Shown here: positions 10,537 through 22,992 of the stretch, piece after piece
Numbering within the stretch: position 1 is the stretch's first letter
How the letters are laid out: each line of letters opens with the position of its first letter
DNA from: Octopus bimaculoides
Lineage: Eukaryota
Assembly (NCBI RefSeq): GCF_001194135.2
Contig: NC_069006.1
Location: 17,206,789 to 17,253,906 of the forward strand
Direction: 5' to 3'
Length of the DNA: 47,118 bases
Program-made: the position numbers and the translations under genes
Notes under the pieces: generated by a model
Databases searched by the model: none
Seen by the model: the letters and a program-made list of their open reading frames with translations, nothing else
What the model was told of the DNA's origin: nothing

Positions 10537-11776
10537 ATTATTCAATTATTTCAAGATTTCTTGACAATAGAGAAAACGCCAGTTTCTNNNNNNNNNNNNN
10601 NNNNNNNNNNNNNNNNNNNNNNNNNNNNNNNNNNNNNNNNNNNNNNNNNNNNNNNNNNNNNNNNNNNNNNNNNNNNNNNNNNNNNNNNNNNNNNNNNNNN
10701 NNNNNNNNNNNNNNNNNNNNNNNNNNNNNNNNNNNNNNNNNNNNNNNNNNNNNNNNNNNNNNNNNNNNNNNNNNNNNNNNNNNNNNNNNNNNNNNNNNNN
10801 NNNNNNNNNNNNNNNNNNNNNNNNNNNNNNNNNNNNNNNNNNNNNNNNNNNNNNNNNNNNNNNNNNNNNNNNNNNNNNNNNNNNNNNNNNNNNNNNNNNN
10901 NNNNNNNNNNNNNNNNNNNNNNNNNNNNNNNNNNNNNNNNNNNNNNNNNNNNNNNNNNNNNNNNNNNNNNNNNNNNNNNNNNNNNNNNNNNNNNNNNNNN
11001 NNNNNNNNNNNNNNNNNNNNNNNNNNNNNNNNNNNNNNNNNNNNNNNNNNNNNNNNNNNNNNNNNNNNNNNNNNNNNNNNNNNNNNNNNNNNNNNNNNNN
11101 NNNNNNNNNNNNNNNNNNNNNNNNNNNNNNNNNNNNNNNNNNNNNNNNNNNNNNNNNNNNNNNNNNNNNNNNNNNNNNNNNNNNNNNNNNNNNNNNNNNN
11201 NNNNNNNNNNATATATATATATATATATAACCGTACCGATATGTATAAAGTGAGTGAGCGCAAGAGCTAATATGCAGTAACTAATATTTATTTTTTAAAT
11301 GAAGTAGAAATTATTTTGTTTGCCTTGATCAATGATTATTTCCTGATTAAATTATCTTTAACAATATTTTATTACTACATCTGTTTACACTTCTTTAACA
11401 TTATTATATCACCACATCTGTTTACATTTCTCACTTTCTCTACACAAAACTTGATTATTTTCCCGCCTTTGCTGTCGCTTATACATGTTCATCTGTTTGT
11501 GTCTTTTTGTATGACCCACCCTCTGTGTGTCTGTGTGAGTGTCTTTCTCAATTTCTCACTGTCTTTTCCTCCTTCTTTCTCACTAAATGTTTGATTTGTA
11601 GTATTCCTGATATATAGCTGACAAAATTTTTCTTCTTTATTGTAATTAAGCATATAGATCAACGATTCTTGTTACAGCAACGAAACTATGCTGCATAGAT
11701 AGGTATGTAAAATGATGAGAACATTTTCGGGACTTCTACTGATCACAAGTATCGTGTGTAGCCCCTTTCACACATA

Positions 11777-11992
11777 CGAGGGATTGCATAAAAGTTCTTG
11801 GCTTTAAGGGTATCGCGAAAGGCCTGGCTGGAGGCCCAACTTTCCGAGTACTTTTACAGTGCTGAGAAAAACTGAAGGACTGTCACAATAAATGAGTGAA
11901 TCTGAGAGGGGAACATGTTCATTAAAATCATAATTAACTGATCATCCTCGTTTTCTTTTACCCAAAGCCAGGAACTTTTCAGCTCCCCGTCA
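11777..11992 (+). mobile_element. Mariner-derived MITE (~216 bp), TA-flanked
   Basis: TA at 11775-76 and 11993-94. TIRs of ~29 bp with 21/29 identity (CGAGGGATTGCATAAAAGTTCTTGGCTTT vs reverse complement TGACGGGGAGCTGAAAAGTTCCTGGCTTT). Internal remnant EKLKDCHNK*VNLRGEHVH* of a mariner C-terminus. Confidence 0.8.
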
Positions 11993-12087
11993 TATGTTAC
12001 ATATATGTGACATAACATATTCGGTCGTAGCTCATGTGTTTTAAGCTCTTCAATATCTTTTCTGTCTGTCTCTTTCTCTCTCTCGCA

Positions 12088-12450
12088 TAAGAAGTTTACT
12101 TCCCAACCACAAGGTTCCGGGTTCAGTTCCACTGTAGTCCCGGGCCGACCAAAGCCTTATGAGTGGATTTGGTAGAGGGAAACTGAAATAAACCTGTCGT
12201 ATATATATATTCGTGTGTGTGTCTGTGTGTGTGCTTGCATGTGTGTCTTTGTGACTGTGCTTGTCCCCAATCACCGCTGGGCAACTGGTGTCGGTTCGTA
12301 TACGTCCCCTGTAATATTGACAGTTCTGCTAAATAGACCAACGGAATAAGTGCTGGACTCCCAAAACGTCCTGGGGTCGTTCTGTTTGACTAAACCCTTC
12401 AAGACGGTGCTCAGGCATTACCGCAGTCCAGTAAGTGAAACCGGTTAAGA
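12088..12450 (+). mobile_element. SINE family A, diverged, with small deletion after the B box
   Basis: AAGAAGTTTACTTCCCAACCAC...GGGTTCAGTTCCACTG|TAGTCCCGGGCCGACC...(TA/TG)n...GTCCTGGGGTCG...CCGCAGTC. Confidence 0.8.
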
Positions 12451-12522
12451 GATCAATATCGACACTCTCTACCCGTCCAGTCAACACACTGTGACTAATC
12501 TATTCACTTAACATCTACACAT

Positions 12523-12726
12523 TTGCTTGTTTTAGTCATTAGACTGTGGCCAAGCTGGAGCACCGCTTTGAAGGATTTTTGTCGAACTTATCGACTCCAC
12601 TACTTATTTTTAAAGCCTGGTGCACATTCTGTCGGTTCTATTTTTTTGGTCGAACCGCTAGGTTACGGTGACGTGAACAAACCAACACCGGTTGTCAAGA
12701 AGTGTTGGTGGACAAAAACGGACACA
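12523..12726 (-). mobile_element. SINE family A, 3' half
   Basis: TTGTTTTAGTCATTAGACTGTGGCCAAGCTGGAGCACCGC...CGAACCGCTAGGTTACGG...CCGGTTGTCAAG. Confidence 0.82.
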
Positions 12727-12855
12727 AAGAATACTTTTCATAAAAAGTTTTTAAAAAATTAAATGATAGCATTGTAGTTGCGAGTGAGCCCCCTTTTAGT
12801 TGTGGGCCCCCTTAGTCTCCTGGCAACCAATAGTTTTAGACCCAGTCCGCCACTG

Positions 12856-12899
<44 letters not shown>

Positions 12900-12900
12900 T

Positions 12901-12956
12901 AGTGGGACTGAACCCGGAACCATGTGGTTGGGAAGCAAGGTTCTTACCACACTGCC
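12901..12956 (-). mobile_element. SINE family A head fragment
   Basis: AGTGGGACTGAACCCGGAACCATGTGGTTGGGAAGCAAGGTTCTTACCACAC is the reverse complement of the tRNA-like head. Confidence 0.8.
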
Positions 12957-13144
12957 AGACAAAACCCATATCTATACTGTTAACATATTCAAACTGTGTA
13001 CAAGTATGCAACTAATATTTACACATGTGTCTACCCAATCCGTATCTACACAGTCTTTCCACACAGTCAACATCTCCCAGCCTCCACATCTCTCACCCTT
13101 TCTATATCTTCTTCCCTTTTTAGCTTTCTTTCTACCTGTTCCCC

Positions 13145-13151
13145 CTCTCTA

Positions 13152-13199
<48 letters not shown>

Positions 13200-13225
13200 G
13201 CTATTTATCTGTCTATCTATCTATT
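13145..13225. repeat. (CTGT)n/(CTAT)n microsatellite
   Basis: Directly visible. Confidence 0.9.
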
Positions 13226-14676
13226 CAGTGTATCTCTCATTTGCACCCATAATATACTTAATAGAATAAATAAATTAAAAATAAATCTATTCACTCTTCC
13301 CCTGTCATTAGATGTTTTTTTTCTTTCTCTTTTCTTACGTCTTTCCCTTTGTTAATATTATTCAGTAAATATCATCCTACTCCGCCTCCCCCTCCATTTT
13401 AAAATGATCACTTACAGTAGTTGAATGTATTCTAAAGAGAGATTCAGAATAGAAAATACCAAGCAAAAATATAAAGGCAAGCGCTGATGATGGCTCCATT
13501 GTGAAGTGAATAGCTAACTGAACATATTACTTCCGAATACGATGATATTCTAGGAATCGGTGTCGTTCCGCTTAACAACAGAACACTGACATAGATTTCT
13601 CAACCAGGATTAAAGCACAATGGAATTACCGTTTCAAACACGAAAGAATCTTGGAATCCCCCTTCACCGTGTTAACTTGGTACTATCAAGACAAAACAAC
13701 CAACTAAATTCTTCAAAAGATTTACGTATTCTGCCTAAAGAAATATGCCACATCTTTCTTTCAACCTGTCATCATTCTTTCTTTCTTTCATTCTTTCTTT
13801 CCTTTCTTTCTTTCTTTCTTAATTTGTTCATTTATTTTTTTTCCTTTGATGCAGTTATTTGAAATAATTTCTTAAATGTATATATACTTATATACCTGTT
13901 TATTTGTGTGTGTGTACGTTTATGCGTGTGTGGGTTTATGTGTGTGTGTGTGTGTGTGTGTCTGGATATGTATGTGTGCATATCTTTAAAATAACAGAAC
14001 CAATAAAGAAATATATGCAGAATTTTAAACAGAGTGTATAAACACTTCCACTAAAAATCAAATGGATTTTAAAAGCTACACATAATTTACAAACACTCTA
14101 CAATGAATAAACCTAATATGGCAAGAAATATCTATAGAAAGTTTCGTTTGGTCTATATAATTGGTAACATTTTCTGTGTTCCCAATAAGTCCTTTGATAC
14201 ACAAACGTTGAAAAACACACAGACACACATATGCACTATGATATTAATTGTAGGATTTATTAAGGACAAAATACAAACCGAAAATCGACACGCATAAACA
14301 TCACACGTGAAAAGAAACTGCACAAGTGACTAGGTGTTAAACTGTTAAGCAACTTTAAAACGGTGACGACAATTCTGTGAATTATAACATTATACCTATG
14401 ATCTTTCGCTGTTTAACACAAAACGCTACTCAGTCATTACCCTCGGATAACAACGTCAAGAAGTTTTTGAAACTGTATATATTAGAGCGATCACTTCGAC
14501 ATCTGACGCGCAGTACACGGTGCACCCTGTTCAGGCAACGTCGATTTCATGAAGAGTGTGAGCTAATGTGCGGCACATGCATTTGATCAATATAAAAACA
14601 AATCATTTGTGCAGGTCACTTGACAAAAGCTGAACGCTCATACGTCGTCTTCGACGGAAGAGGCCATCACACACAC

Positions 14677-14718
<42 letters not shown>

Positions 14719-14759
14719 GTGTGTGTGTATATATATATGTGTGTGTGTGTATATATATA

Positions 14760-14790
<31 letters not shown>

Positions 14791-15582
14791 ATGTATATAT
14801 ATATANNNNNNNNNNNNNNNNNNNNNNNNNNNNNNNNNNNNNNNNNNNNNNNNNNNNNNNNNNNNNNNNNNNNNNNNNNNNNNNNNNNNNNNNNNNNNNN
14901 NNNNNNNNNNNNNNNNNNNNNNNNNNNNNNNNNNNNNNNNNNNNNNNNNNNNNNNNNNNNNNNNNNNNNNNNNNNNNNNNNNNNNNNNNNNNNNNNNNNN
15001 NNNNNNNNNNNNNNNNNNNNNNNNNNNNNNNNNNNNNNNNNNNNNNNNNNNNNNNNNNNNNNNNNNNNNNNNNNNNNNNNNNNNNNNNNNNNNNNNNNNN
15101 NNNNNNNNNNNNNNNNNNNNNNNNNNNNNNNNNNNNNNNNNNNNNNNNNNNNNNNNNNNNNNNNNNNNNNNNNNNNNNNNNNNNNNNNNNNNNNNNNNNN
15201 NNNNNNNNNNNNNNNNNNNNNNNNNNNNNNNNNNNNNNNNNNNNNNNNNNNNNNNNNNNNNNNNNNNNNNNNNNNNNNNNNNNNNNNNNNNNNNNNNNNN
15301 NNNNNNNNNNNNNNNNNNNNNNNNNNNNNNNNNNNNNNNNNNNNNNNNNNNNNNNNNNNNNNNNNNNNNNNNNNNNNNNNNNNNNNNNNNNNNNNNNNNN
15401 NNNNNNNNNNNNNNNNNNNNNNNNNNNNNNNNNNNNNNNNNNNNNNNNNNNNNNNNNNNNNNNNNNNNNNNNNNNNNNNNNNNNNNNNNNNNNNNNNNNN
15501 NNNNNNNNNNNNNNNNNNNNNNNNNNNNNNNNNNNNNNNNNNNNNNNNNNNNNNNNNNNNNNNNNNNNNNNNNNNNNNNNNN

Positions 15583-15817
15583 CAGATGTGGAAGAGATGA
15601 AGAAAAAAAAAAATGAAAAAAAAAAAGAACGACGGAGGTGTTAAAAGGTATCACTTCGCAAGAGTTCCAGGACTGCTTTGAACAGTGGGAAACGTCTCTG
15701 GACCAATGTGCTGCTTCAAATGGAGAAAACTTTGAAGGCGATAAAAGTGTAAACATGTAAAATTAAGTGAATAAAATAATACTGTAAAATTTTGGTTTCT
15801 TTTGGGTACCCCCCTCA
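15583..15817 (+). mobile_element. Mariner transposon 3' end: transposase C-terminal pseudogene fragment and right TIR
   Basis: Translates DVEEMKKK-(A-run expansion)-TTEVLKGITSQEFQDCFEQWETSLDQCAASNGENFEGDKSVNM* (stop 15758-60), a typical mariner C-terminus (F..W..R...C....GEYFEGD). Then TTTTGGTTTCTTTTGGGTACCCCCCTCA followed by TA. The 5' part is lost in the gap. Confidence 0.85.
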
Positions 15818-15866
15818 TATACATACATACATACATATATATATGTATATATATATATATATAAAT

Positions 15867-15943
15867 GTGGAGGCGCGTGGCTTAGTGTTTAAGGTGTCAG
15901 CATCATGATTGTAAGATTGTGGTTTCGATTCCTGGACCAGGCG
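15867..15943 (+). mobile_element. SINE family C tRNA-derived head (rest in gap)
   Basis: GGAGGCGCGTGGCTTAGTGTTTAAGG (A box)...GGTTTCGATTCCTGGACCAGGCG (B box). Similar to the family D head; does not fold as a complete tRNA. Confidence 0.7.
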
Positions 15944-17014
15944 NNNNNNNNNNNNNNNNNNNNNNNNNNNNNNNNNNNNNNNNNNNNNNNNNNNNNNNNN
16001 NNNNNNNNNNNNNNNNNNNNNNNNNNNNNNNNNNNNNNNNNNNNNNNNNNNNNNNNNNNNNNNNNNNNNNNNNNNNNNNNNNNNNNNNNNNNNNNNNNNN
16101 NNNNNNNNNNNNNNNNNNNNNNNNNNNNNNNNNNNNNNNNNNNNNNNNNNNNNNNNNNNNNNNNNNNNNNNNNNNNNNNNNNNNNNNNNNNNNNNNNNNN
16201 NNNNNNNNNNNNNNNNNNNNNNNNNNNNNNNNNNNNNNNNNNNNNNNNNNNNNATATATATTGCAAACAGCCAGATTCGATCTCACCGCATGACATCTTA
16301 GGCAAGTGACTTTTCTTTTTATTACAGCCTTAACTCAAAACAGGTCTTGTGAATGAATTTGGTTAGATGCCTGTTTCCGGTAGAAAAGCGCTTGTTTTGA
16401 TAACATAATGCTGCCATGCTTTTGTTTTTCGTCTAAATGCTGCATGTCTAAACTCATCTGTTCGAAAGCAGAAATTGTTACACCGCACGTTATTGCTCAT
16501 GCTATTTTCAGTTGCTAAACCTTGTGTGTATATGTGTATGCATGCGTGCGTATATGAGTGTGCACACGAACGTGCATACGCGTGCGATTGTTGTTTTTTA
16601 GTGCCAAAAATATGCGCTAGAATCGTTCATGCTAGTACAATTGTTGATGAAAACGTCAGTACCCCGCCCCTTTTAAAATATGTACCTTGTTGTATAATAT
16701 TTTTTGTTTATTCTCTTTCTCTCTTTGTTTTCGGTGTGTGGTTGTCTTCTATGTTTTGTTTTGTTTTTTTCATCTCTAGTGGGTGTGGCTGCTATCTTTC
16801 ATAACCATTTTCTACATGTATCTGAACAAAATAGGGAAGAAGGGAAAATGAAATGAGATTTGTCTAACAATAGAGCTATATTATCTGTAACCTGATCGAG
16901 AAAATTTAAACCACCCTGTATGAAAACCAAAATTAATGGTGTTTAAGTTGGTCCATAGTCTTTGAAAGCGATTCAAATGGGTAACATTGCGACGGAACAG
17001 TCTTCCGATCAGAA

Positions 17015-17121
17015 GCAATGTTGGCCTGCTCGCCCGGCCAGCCGAATGACTTTATTCGAAAGCCGAAACAATGTGAAGCACACTGTGATCAGCGATGTAT
17101 AACAACATTCAATAGTCTGGT

Positions 17122-17125
<4 letters not shown>
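17015..17125 (+). mobile_element. Probable SINE 3' tail fragment ending in (CA)n
   Basis: TGTTGGCCTGCTCGC...AAACAATGTGAAGCACACTGTGATCAGCGATGTATAACAACAT...GTCTGGTCC resembles, from recall, an octopus SINE tail. Only one copy in the window, so unverified. Confidence 0.4.
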
Positions 17126-17172
<47 letters not shown>

Positions 17173-17182
17173 NNNNNNNNNN

Positions 17183-17226
<44 letters not shown>

Positions 17227-17374
17227 GCATGTGTGTACGTATGCATGTATATATAGAGAGAGCGGGAGGAAGAGAGGGAGTTGGGAGAACTGTATTTCTT
17301 ATTGGGGGCCAGCCACCCTCCTTAGGTGGCTGTGTAACGGTTGATGTTTATTAAAATTAAGATGGTATAAACTT

Positions 17375-17592
17375 CTTTAAACTTATCGACAAGAAAATGG
17401 ATTCAAATTTTGTCACAAGGCCAGCAGGAAGACGATGAGTCGATTACATCGACCCCAGTGTTCAGCTGGTACTTATTTTAACGATACCGAAAGGATGAAA
17501 GGAAAATCAACCCAGGCGGGATTTGAACTCAGATGGTAAATATGGACGAAATGCTATTGAGCATTTGGCACGGCGTGCTAACGATTCTGCCA
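17375..17592 (-). mobile_element. SINE family B, near full length, diverged
   Basis: TTCAAATTTTGTCACAAGGCC...GAGTCGATTACATCGACCCCAGTG...ATTTGAACTCAG...GTGCTAACGATTCTGCCA. Confidence 0.85.
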
Positions 17593-18862
17593 CTTACAAC
17601 ATAATAAAGAATAATTCTGTTGGTGAAATCTCCATTCCTTCTCCTCATTAATAAAGAGGATCAGTGCCAAAAATTCTATTATGGATGCTGTTCGCCAATT
17701 TGAGGTAGACAGTTGTTATTTCTAGCAGCGAGAGATGGTCACTGGAGGTTCCAGTTTGGTTCGCCTGAGAATCTGCATCGTTCGTGTTCACCTGTGAATG
17801 ATGGGATCGAAAGAGAAATGCTGCAAACATCAATCTTGGACTCGCTCTTGGAGAGAAAATACTTTGGGAGCGACAATGATATTTCTACTGGACGTAATTT
17901 GTGTGCTGTGTTCTGACAAGTCTAATTTCCTGCAGACTTCAAGAGTTCCACTTCCTCTGNNNNNNNNNNNNNNNNNNNNNNNNNNNNNNNNNNNNNNNNN
18001 NNNNNNNNNNNNNNNNNNNNNNNNNNNNNNNNNNNNNNNNNNNNNNNNNNNNNNNNNNNNNNNNNNNNNNNNNNNNNNNNNNNNNNNNNNNNNNNNNNNN
18101 NNNNNNNNNNNNNNNNNNNNNNNNNNNNNNNNNNNNNNNNNNNNNNNNNNNNNNNNNNNNNNNNNNNNNNNNNNNNNNNNNNNNNNNNNNNNNNNNNNNN
18201 NNNNNNNNNNNNNNNNNNNNNNNNNNNNNNNNNNNNNNNNNNNNNNNNNNNNNNNNNNNNNNNNNNNNNNNNNNNNNNNNNNNNNNNNNNNNNNNNNNNN
18301 NNNNNNNNNNNNNNNNNNNNNNNNNNNNNNNNNNNNNNNNNNNNNNNNNNNNNNNNNNNNNNNNNNNNNNNNNNNNNNNNNNNNNNNNNNNNNNNNNNNN
18401 NNNNNNNNNNNNNNNNNNNNNNNNNNNNNNNNNNNNNNNNNNNNNNNNNNNNNNNNNNNNNNNNNNNNNNNNNNNNNNNNNNNNNNNNNNNNNNNNNNNN
18501 NNNNNNNNNNNNNNNNNNNNNNNNNNNNNNNNNNNNNNNNNNNNNNNNNNNNNNNNNNNNNNNNNNNNNNNNNNNNNNNNNNNNNNNNNNNNNNNNNNNN
18601 NNNNNNNNNNNNNNNNNNNNNNNNNNNNNNNNNNNNNNNNNNNNNNNNNNNNNNNNNNNNNNNNNNNNNNNNNNNNNNNNNNNNNNNNNNNNNNNNNNNN
18701 NNNNNNNNNNNNNNNNNNNNNNNNNNNNNNNNNNNNNNNNNNNNNNNNNNNNNNNNNNNNNNNNNNNNNTATGTATGCATGTGTATATGTATGCATGTGT
18801 ATATATATATATATATGTACATATACACCTTCGTGTATATATATATCTCCATATACACCTTC

Positions 18863-18899
<37 letters not shown>

Positions 18900-18914
18900 T
18901 GCATACATACACAA

Positions 18915-18946
<32 letters not shown>

Positions 18947-19011
18947 ACACACACATGCACACACATTCACATACACGTACACATATACACATATATTTGT
19001 GTATGTATGCA

Positions 19012-19055
<44 letters not shown>

Positions 19056-19906
19056 NNNNNNNNNNNNNNNNNNNNNNNNNNNNNNNNNNNNNNNNNNNNN
19101 NNNNNNNNNNNNNNNNNNNNNNNNNNNNNNNNNNNNNNNNNNNNNNNNNNNNNNNNNNNNNNNNNNNNNNNNNNNNNNNNNNNNNNNNNNNNNNNNNNNN
19201 NNNNNNNNNNNNNNNNNNNNNNNNNNNNNNNNNNNNNNNNNNNNNNNNNNNNNNNNNNNNNNNNNNNNNNNNNNNNNNNNNNNNNNNNNNNNNNNNNNNN
19301 NNNNNNNNNNNNNNNNNNNNNNNNNNNNNNNNNNNNNNNNNNNNNNNNNNNNNNNNNNNNNNNNNNNNNNNNNNNNNNNNNNNNNNNNNNNNNNNNNNNN
19401 NNNNNNNNNNNNNNNNNNNNNNNNNNNNNNNNNNNNNNNNNNNNNNNNNNNNNNNNNNNNNNNNNNNNNNNNNNNNNNNNNNNNNNNNNNNNNNNNNNNN
19501 NNNNNNNNNNNNNNNNNNNNNNNNNNNNNNNNNNNNNNNNNNNNNNNNNNNNNNNNNNNNNNNNNNNNNNNNNNNNNNNNNNNNNNNNNNNNNNNNNNNN
19601 NNNNNNNNNNNNNNNNNNNNNNNNNNNNNNNNNNNNNNNNNNNNNNNNNNNNNNNNNNNNNNNNNNNNNNNNNNNNNNNNNNNNNNNNNNNNNNNNNNNN
19701 NNNNNNNNNNNNNNNNNNNNNNNNNNNNNNNNNNNNNNNNNNNNNNNNNNNNNNNNNNNNNNNNNNNNNNNNNNNNNNNNNNNNNNNNNNNNNNNNNNNN
19801 NNNNNNNNNNNNNNNNNNNNNNNNNNNNNNNNNNNNNNNNNNNNNNNNNNNNNNNNNNNNNNNNNNNNNNNNNNNNNNNNNNNNNNNNNNNNNNNNNNNN
19901 NNNNNN

Positions 19907-19948
<42 letters not shown>

Positions 19949-20221
19949 ATTGCGTGTTAAATCTCGAATATTCTACAGTCCACTTCTGTCGGAGTATATT
20001 CATTTTGATTAATTTATTTGAAACCATTTACTAAACTCGTTTACCCCAATGTCAGTTCCACATAACGACCAGCTTGAATGATGGGCGACATTTTAACCTC
20101 TTTATACGCCTACCAGTACAGCAGTATTGCAACAAGCCAAATCGCCCTCAAACCCTACACTGTCGTTTTAAAAAAAGTAAGGAGGCGTTTGTATTAATGG
20201 AAACCCTAATCTTGTATCGTT

Positions 20222-20430
20222 TTGTTTTCTTGGATTATGGCCATGCTGGGATGCCGCTTTGTAGGGTTTAGTCGAACAAAGAGATAAGTTTTTTTTGTTT
20301 TGTTTTTTTTGTCTTGTCTTTTTGTTTTAAGTACTTATTTTATCGGTCTCTTTAGATGAAGTTAAGGTATGGAGACGTAAATAAACCAATACCGTTGCGA
20401 AGCGGTACTGTAGGGCAAATACAAACACAA
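20222..20430 (-). mobile_element. SINE family A 3' half, degenerate
   Basis: TATGGCCATGCTGGGATGCCGC...TTAGTCGAACAAA...AAGTACTTATTTTATCGGTCTCTTT...GACGTAAATAAACC. Confidence 0.65.
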
Positions 20431-20571
20431 AGAAACACGCAGACACGTGTGTCGGCGAGTGTTTGTGTGTAGGGAGGTGTCTGTGGGGGTGGGCAGAGTG
20501 TCCGGACACTCAGCAGGAAATTAAACATGATCTGTAGAAGAGGATGAAGAGGACGAGGATGAAGAAGAAAT

Positions 20572-20697
20572 TTTTGGGTAGGGAACAAGTCGATTACATC
20601 GACCCCAGTATTCAACTGGTACTTATTTTATCGACCCCGGAAGGATAAAAGTCAAGTCAACCTCGGTGGAATTTGAACTCAGAACGTTAAGACGGAC
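20572..20697 (-). mobile_element. SINE family B core fragment
   Basis: AAGTCGATTACATCGACCCCAGTATTCAACTGGTACTTATTTTATCGACCCCGGAAGG...GAATTTGAACTCAGAACG. Confidence 0.85.
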
Positions 20698-21668
20698 CTT
20701 ATTAGTGTCACTGTTTATAAAGAAAATNNNNNNNNNNNNNNNNNNNNNNNNNNNNNNNNNNNNNNNNNNNNNNNNNNNNNNNNNNNNNNNNNNNNNNNNN
20801 NNNNNNNNNNNNNNNNNNNNNNNNNNNNNNNNNNNNNNNNNNNNNNNNNNNNNNNNNNNNNNNNNNNNNNNNNNNNNNNNNNNNNNNNNNNNNNNNNNNN
20901 NNNNNNNNNNNNNNNNNNNNNNNNNNNNNNNNNNNNNNNNNNNNNNNNNNNNNNNNNNNNNNNNNNNNNNNNNNNNNNNNNNNNNNNNNNNNNNNNNNNN
21001 NNNNNNNNTATATACATACACACTCTCTCTCTGTTGCGCGCACACACACACGCACATATACATGTATATATGTGTATTTTTTTTCCAATTTATAAACAAT
21101 AAACATTGGAATAATAATAAACCAAATTACCCATAATTTTGGCAAAGCAAAAAGAGAAATAACAATAAAAATAAAAACAATAATAATGGGGGAGGCCAAC
21201 CTCAAAGAAAATCCTGTTTTTCAATTTAAAGAATATTAGCTTAACACAAAAGTTGAAGCAGAACCACCAAAAATCAAAGAATTGTACAGTAATTCAATTG
21301 AAAGAAATCTTCCAATACAATGAAAGTCAACGTTTTATCTGTGAAATTTATGGCGAAGCAAAAGTTTGTAGCGTGTTTAACTATTGGCAAAACAGAGTGA
21401 AGAAAGGAAACAGGATTAGATGTAACAGTATTTCTCACAGATGCAACATATTTCTGTTATCGAAAATTTTTTAAGAACAGCATAAGTCAACCATTTATCG
21501 TACTTTTGAGAGGATTCCAGATGAAAACAGAAAAACAGAAGTGAAGAAAAGAAAGGCGACGAAGGCAAATATAAATATAAAACTTCTCTCATAGACATTG
21601 TTAGTATTACTTGCAATACAAAGAAACGCTTCTCTGAACCCTGTATTGTACTGTGTATTTATAAGTGT

Positions 21669-22039
21669 GTGTTGGCACTCCGTCGCTTACGACGTCGAGG
21701 GTTCCAGTTGATCCGATCAACGGAACAGCCTACTCGTGAAATTAACGTGCAAGTGGCTGAGCACTCTACAGACACGTGTGTCCTTAACGTAGTTTTGTAG
21801 GAATTTCAGCGTGAGACAGACTGTGACAAGGCTGACCCTTTGAATTACAGGCACAACAGAAACAGGAAGTAAGAGTGAGAGAAAGTTGTGGTGGAAGAGT
21901 ACAGCAGGGTTCGCCACCATCCCTTACCGGAGCCTCGAGAAGCTTTAGGTGTTTTCGCTCAATAAACACTCACAACGTCCGGTCTGGGAATCGAAACCGC
22001 GAGTCCGCTGCCCTAACCACTGGGCCATTGCACCTCCAC
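21669..22039 (-). mobile_element. SINE family D, full length (~370 bp), tail type 1
   Basis: Reverse complement head GTGGAGGTGCAATGGCCCAGTGGTTAGGGCAGCGGACTCGCGGTTTCGATTCCCAGACC (A and B boxes), then body, and 3' ...GTCGTAAGCGACGGAGTGCCAAC(AC)n. Confidence 0.85.
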
Positions 22040-22409
22040 GTATGTATGTATGAATGTATGTTCTTCTTTCTCTTTTTAATCTAAAGTAAATTTTGACCGG
22101 ACACCTATTTGGTAGTAAGGTTGTGAAGGAAAGTATCTTGTTTGAACAATTATCCTTTAAATCTTAAAAGGTCTTGCAGATTTTTATACTCCCTCAGTAT
22201 CACGATCATTTGTAACGTATGAGTTAAGGATTTGCATTCTCTCCCCAAAGATCCTAATTTCAGCTATACTTTGCTCCAGACGGGTTGGAATGTATCCTGT
22301 TGCTCCATATATGTATGCATGCATGCATGTATGTATGTATGTTCTCTTTCTCTTTTCAATTTTAGAGCAAATTTTGATCGGCCACCGGTCGACCAAATCC
22401 ACGCGTAAA

Positions 22410-22511
22410 GGCCTTTGGCAGGCCCGAGGGTTTTCCCAAGGTGCTAGGCAGTGGGATTGAATCTGGAACTACGTATTTGGGGAGGAAAGTTCTTACTATA
22501 TAGCCACACCG
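22410..22511 (-). mobile_element. SINE family A head, degenerate
   Basis: CCCAAGGTGCTAGGCAGTGGGATTGAATCTGGAAC...TTCTTACTATATAGCCACACC. Confidence 0.65.
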
Positions 22512-22992
22512 GCTATATCTACCAAAAGTGGTGAAGTTCTTTCGGAGGGTTTCATTGGTAATGTTAGGGAAAAAAAAACTAAGGAGTAGACACTCAACTC
22601 AAACGAATTGTCTTTCATCCAACAGTTAGACACAGTGTCGCATATGGAGAAGGTTTAACAATGAACGATGCTTGCAATAATGTTCCACTTGTGAAAGAAA
22701 TTGTAATTTTATCCAAGTCCGCCTATAGTTTTCTGCCGATTGTCAGTTTGAAGGCATTTGAAGAAATAGGCTGTGCTGCAGCCTGGCCGCAATTGCAATA
22801 AACTTGCTTGGGTATGCTTAGGCGCATCAAATTTCCGTAGACTGGGAATAATCCACAAGAAAAAACATGGACGCGTTGCAAAATCTGTAAAGCATAGAAA
22901 CAAAATTAAATCTTTTTAACAGTCAAATACTTGCACAGAATTTAACTGGCCATATTTTGATGTTTACAGCTTTTCTAATTATAGATTAAAAT

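Noticed and set aside
12790-12856. Possible MITE end CAGTGGCGGACTGGG (minus strand), and a hAT-like end at about 30655-30710
   Set aside because: Only one terminus is visible, with no TSD or second copy.
13520-13600. DDILGIGVVPL resembling a C2-domain motif
   Set aside because: Bounded by nearby stops, with no convincing splice sites or further C2 residues.
15867-15943. tRNA genes at SINE heads (also 6877, 21960-22039, 23150-23229, 5380-5453)
   Set aside because: A and B boxes are present, but the cloverleaf is incomplete and each continues into a repeat body or shares its head with copies that do. They are tRNA-derived SINE heads.
16895-16921. Tc1/mariner-like right end AAATTTAAACCACCCTGTA
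   Set aside because: No matching left TIR or internal homology in the window.
17650-17960. Coding-like unique segment before the gap
   Set aside because: All six frames were examined; each has stops and none shows a recognisable domain.
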